DNA of 64,000 nucleotides, taken from positions 37,317 to 101,316 of the forward strand of contig FLMG01001021.1 in assembly GCA_900088475.1 (NCBI GenBank). The letters are read 5' to 3'. A program made the translations under genes and the position numbers. Shown piece by piece: positions 61,970-64,000 of the stretch. This DNA comes from Hyphochytrium catenoides. Lineage: Eukaryota; Protista; Hyphochytriomycota. The notes below the pieces were generated by a model. That model had not been told where the DNA came from, made no database searches, and worked only from the letters and a program-made list of their open reading frames with translations. How positions within the stretch are numbered: position 1 is the stretch's first letter; the number at the start of each line of letters is the position of its first letter.

Positions 61970-64000
61970 CATCATGATGTCGAGCAACCTTTAAAGCCCT
62001 TCGTCCTAGCTAAGAAGTATGGCTTTTGAGTTCAGCTGAGTCCATAGATAATGTTAGAATCTTTTAACATGAGAGGCCCAACAGCCTTCCAGACCCCATT
62101 ACAAATGACAGGGTTAATACTAGCCATAGGTAATATTAGAAACCAGACTGTCTCTTGGTTGCTAACAAATGACAGGCCTGAGATCCTCTAGCAAGTGGTG
62201 CTTTAATAAGCCTTGAGTCTCCTAGGGATGATCCTTCCTTTGTTGGCTGCTGGCATAGGCTGCCGGCTGGGCCTGGCGTGGCTGCTCGCTGGAAGAAGTT
62301 CAGAAAGAGCAGCTATAATATAACGAAGGGACGGCCGCCACTCTCACCACAGCAAGACCTGTGTCAGGGGTCGTGAAAAATTTTCAGTTCGCCCTGGATC
62401 CCTGCTGCGGGCCGAGAAGCAGAAGACATCCATCATCTCTTCTTTGTGCTCTATCAGCAGCAGACAACAAAAACGAAGGGGCGTGTGAAGATCTCTTCTT
62501 GGGAAAGAATAATGACAGAGGACGCTTCAAGATGAGGGACAGTGAGAGGAAAAATGGAGAGACACAGAGGAAACGATTCTCTTTTTCAAAAGAGGGGAAG
62601 ACGTTTGAGAAGAAGAGCCACATGCTCGCATGGCAGGTGAAGACCAGGTACGTTGGCATCACTCCCTTGTACATCTTGCGGCTGCGAGGTGCGTTTTCTT
62701 CGACGACAATGGGGACCGGCCTTCTTATCCCTTACTTCCATGTTTAACTCTTGAATGAGTTCTCCTTTGGGACGGTTTGGGAGAGGACTTTGTAGTATGG
62801 AATCTTCCTTCTTCCAGAGTAGTTCCTAGAGGATCATCCCACCAGAAGGACTTGTCACGTGGTGAGACAAAGAAGAAGAAAGAGATCTTTCCGGTAGGAT
62901 ACTGATGGATATATAGTGGAATCTTCTTCTTGGCTTGTGGACCAACCCTCACATCAACCCACCCACGGACCTTGTTGCTGCTCCTTCTTTCACCATGCAC
63001 AGGACAAGCGTAGTCTATCCCACGAGCCCGTCTTGATGCCGAATGATGAGTGCAAGAAGTAGAAGGTTCAGTGCCAGGTGGTGGTGTATGGGTCGGACCA
63101 AGTGTATGTGAAGAGCTTATTATCACTTATTAATTATAATCCAAAGCTCTTCCTTGGGACACGCCAGCAGCAGGCCCAGCAGCAGACATAATAAAGAAGG
63201 CTCAAACCTCACACCTCCTCCTCAAGATAAATGCAGCAGGCGAGCCATCCCTGTGTTTCTGTCTCCTCGAATCTTATAGAAGCTAATGTGAAGCACCTAT
63301 TATCACTCGGTACTGGTTCGGAGGAGCGACAGAATGCTGTTGAGCTTCACATACCCGACACAGTTTCCGCTGTCCTAGAGATCGCGGCAGCTAACTTAAA
63401 GCTGGAAACCTCCTAGACGCTGCTCAGTTTGTTCGAGGAGGAAGCTTGCTAGTTGTAAGGGCAGATGAGTATTATGAACAGCATGATAATGCACTGCCCA
63501 GTGTGGTTGATAAGAAGAAGAAGAAGAAGATAAAGAGAAGAAAGATTAAGAGATGAAAGGAACAGAAACAGTCACAGTCAAAGAAGAAAGAAGAATAATC
63601 AGAGAGAGAAGAGCGAACCTCCTTCTCCTCCCGTATCATTTGTCTGTTATATCTCTCAACCGTAATGAATCTGATGGTGAAGAAGAGGATCGTCGACAGA
63701 GAGGAGCAAGCAGAAGAGAGGAGAATCATGCCATGCTCAACAGCACCAGCAACGAGAGGTTGTTGATGAGGTAAAGGAGGATGAGCCTGTACCAACTAGC
63801 AGCTACTGGTGCTTCCTCCTCTGGCGGAGGCTTGATGCGCGTTCGAGGCACACTCTCCTCACTCATTGCCATCACCAAAAATAGAGTGCACGCTTGTCAC
63901 TTATTGCCATCACCAAGACAGATGGACTTGATGGGAATCATGAAGCCATCATCATGTTCCTTATTCTTACTAGCTGCAAGGTCTTTCCTTCTTCTTCCAT
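61970..64000 (-). pseudogene. Probable decayed gene or repeat region with broken ORFs and CpG-poor patches
   Basis: Protein-like fragments (DYACPVHGE...KIPLYIHQYPT; RSRKMYKGVMPTYLVFTCH), frames interrupted by stops, and no CpG across ~62004-62263. Confidence 0.3.

Noticed and set aside
1-64000. Stop-codon reassignment or alternative genetic code
   Set aside because: Conserved genes end at TAG (PDCL3, SUN, UFSP2, coronin), TGA (NudC, USP) and TAA (DNAAF5, ABCG). Apparent internal stops in the regions I traced are removed by GT-AG introns.
1-64000. Introner-type repeated introns, or non-canonical (GC-AG, AT-AC) introns
   Set aside because: The introns I traced are GT-AG and share no evident sequence or terminal repeats beyond microsatellites. 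Not every intron was traced.
1-64000. tRNA, rRNA, snoRNA or intact transposon genes
   Set aside because: No convincing cloverleaf, rRNA, box C/D pair, RT, integrase or transposase motif was seen by eye. Infernal or tRNAscan would be needed to exclude small RNAs.

Overview
Gene-dense, intron-rich eukaryotic nuclear DNA. It uses the standard genetic code (TAA, TAG and TGA all end genes) and GT-AG introns of about 50-500 nt. Gene content suggests a flagellated, stramenopile-like protist (inference). I spliced the exons by eye and found these genes: a small single-TM protein, phosducin-like PhLP2/PDCL3, an intronless triple-ubiquitin-like(LRLRGG)-Cys domain-RING-H2 fusion, a SUN-domain protein, a TM-MYND-USP-A20-SEC-C deubiquitinase, a large IQ/WW/B-box protein, UFSP2, a QCR10-like small protein, a membrane-anchored permuted papain-like protein, TAF8, coronin, DNAAF5/HEATR2, a Dam1-like protein with a winged-helix tail, NudC and a full-size ABCG/PDR transporter. 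There are also a few low-confidence small genes, (GA)n microsatellites, two N gaps and a CpG-depleted, probably decayed right end. The best candidate for a new system is the Ubl3-GG-Zn-RING polyprotein, which could encode a modifier and its own E3. Next are the unusual USP architecture, the permuted papain-like enzyme and a possible degenerate CRESS-Rep remnant. No database searches were run, so all homology calls come from motif recognition and exon boundaries are approximate.
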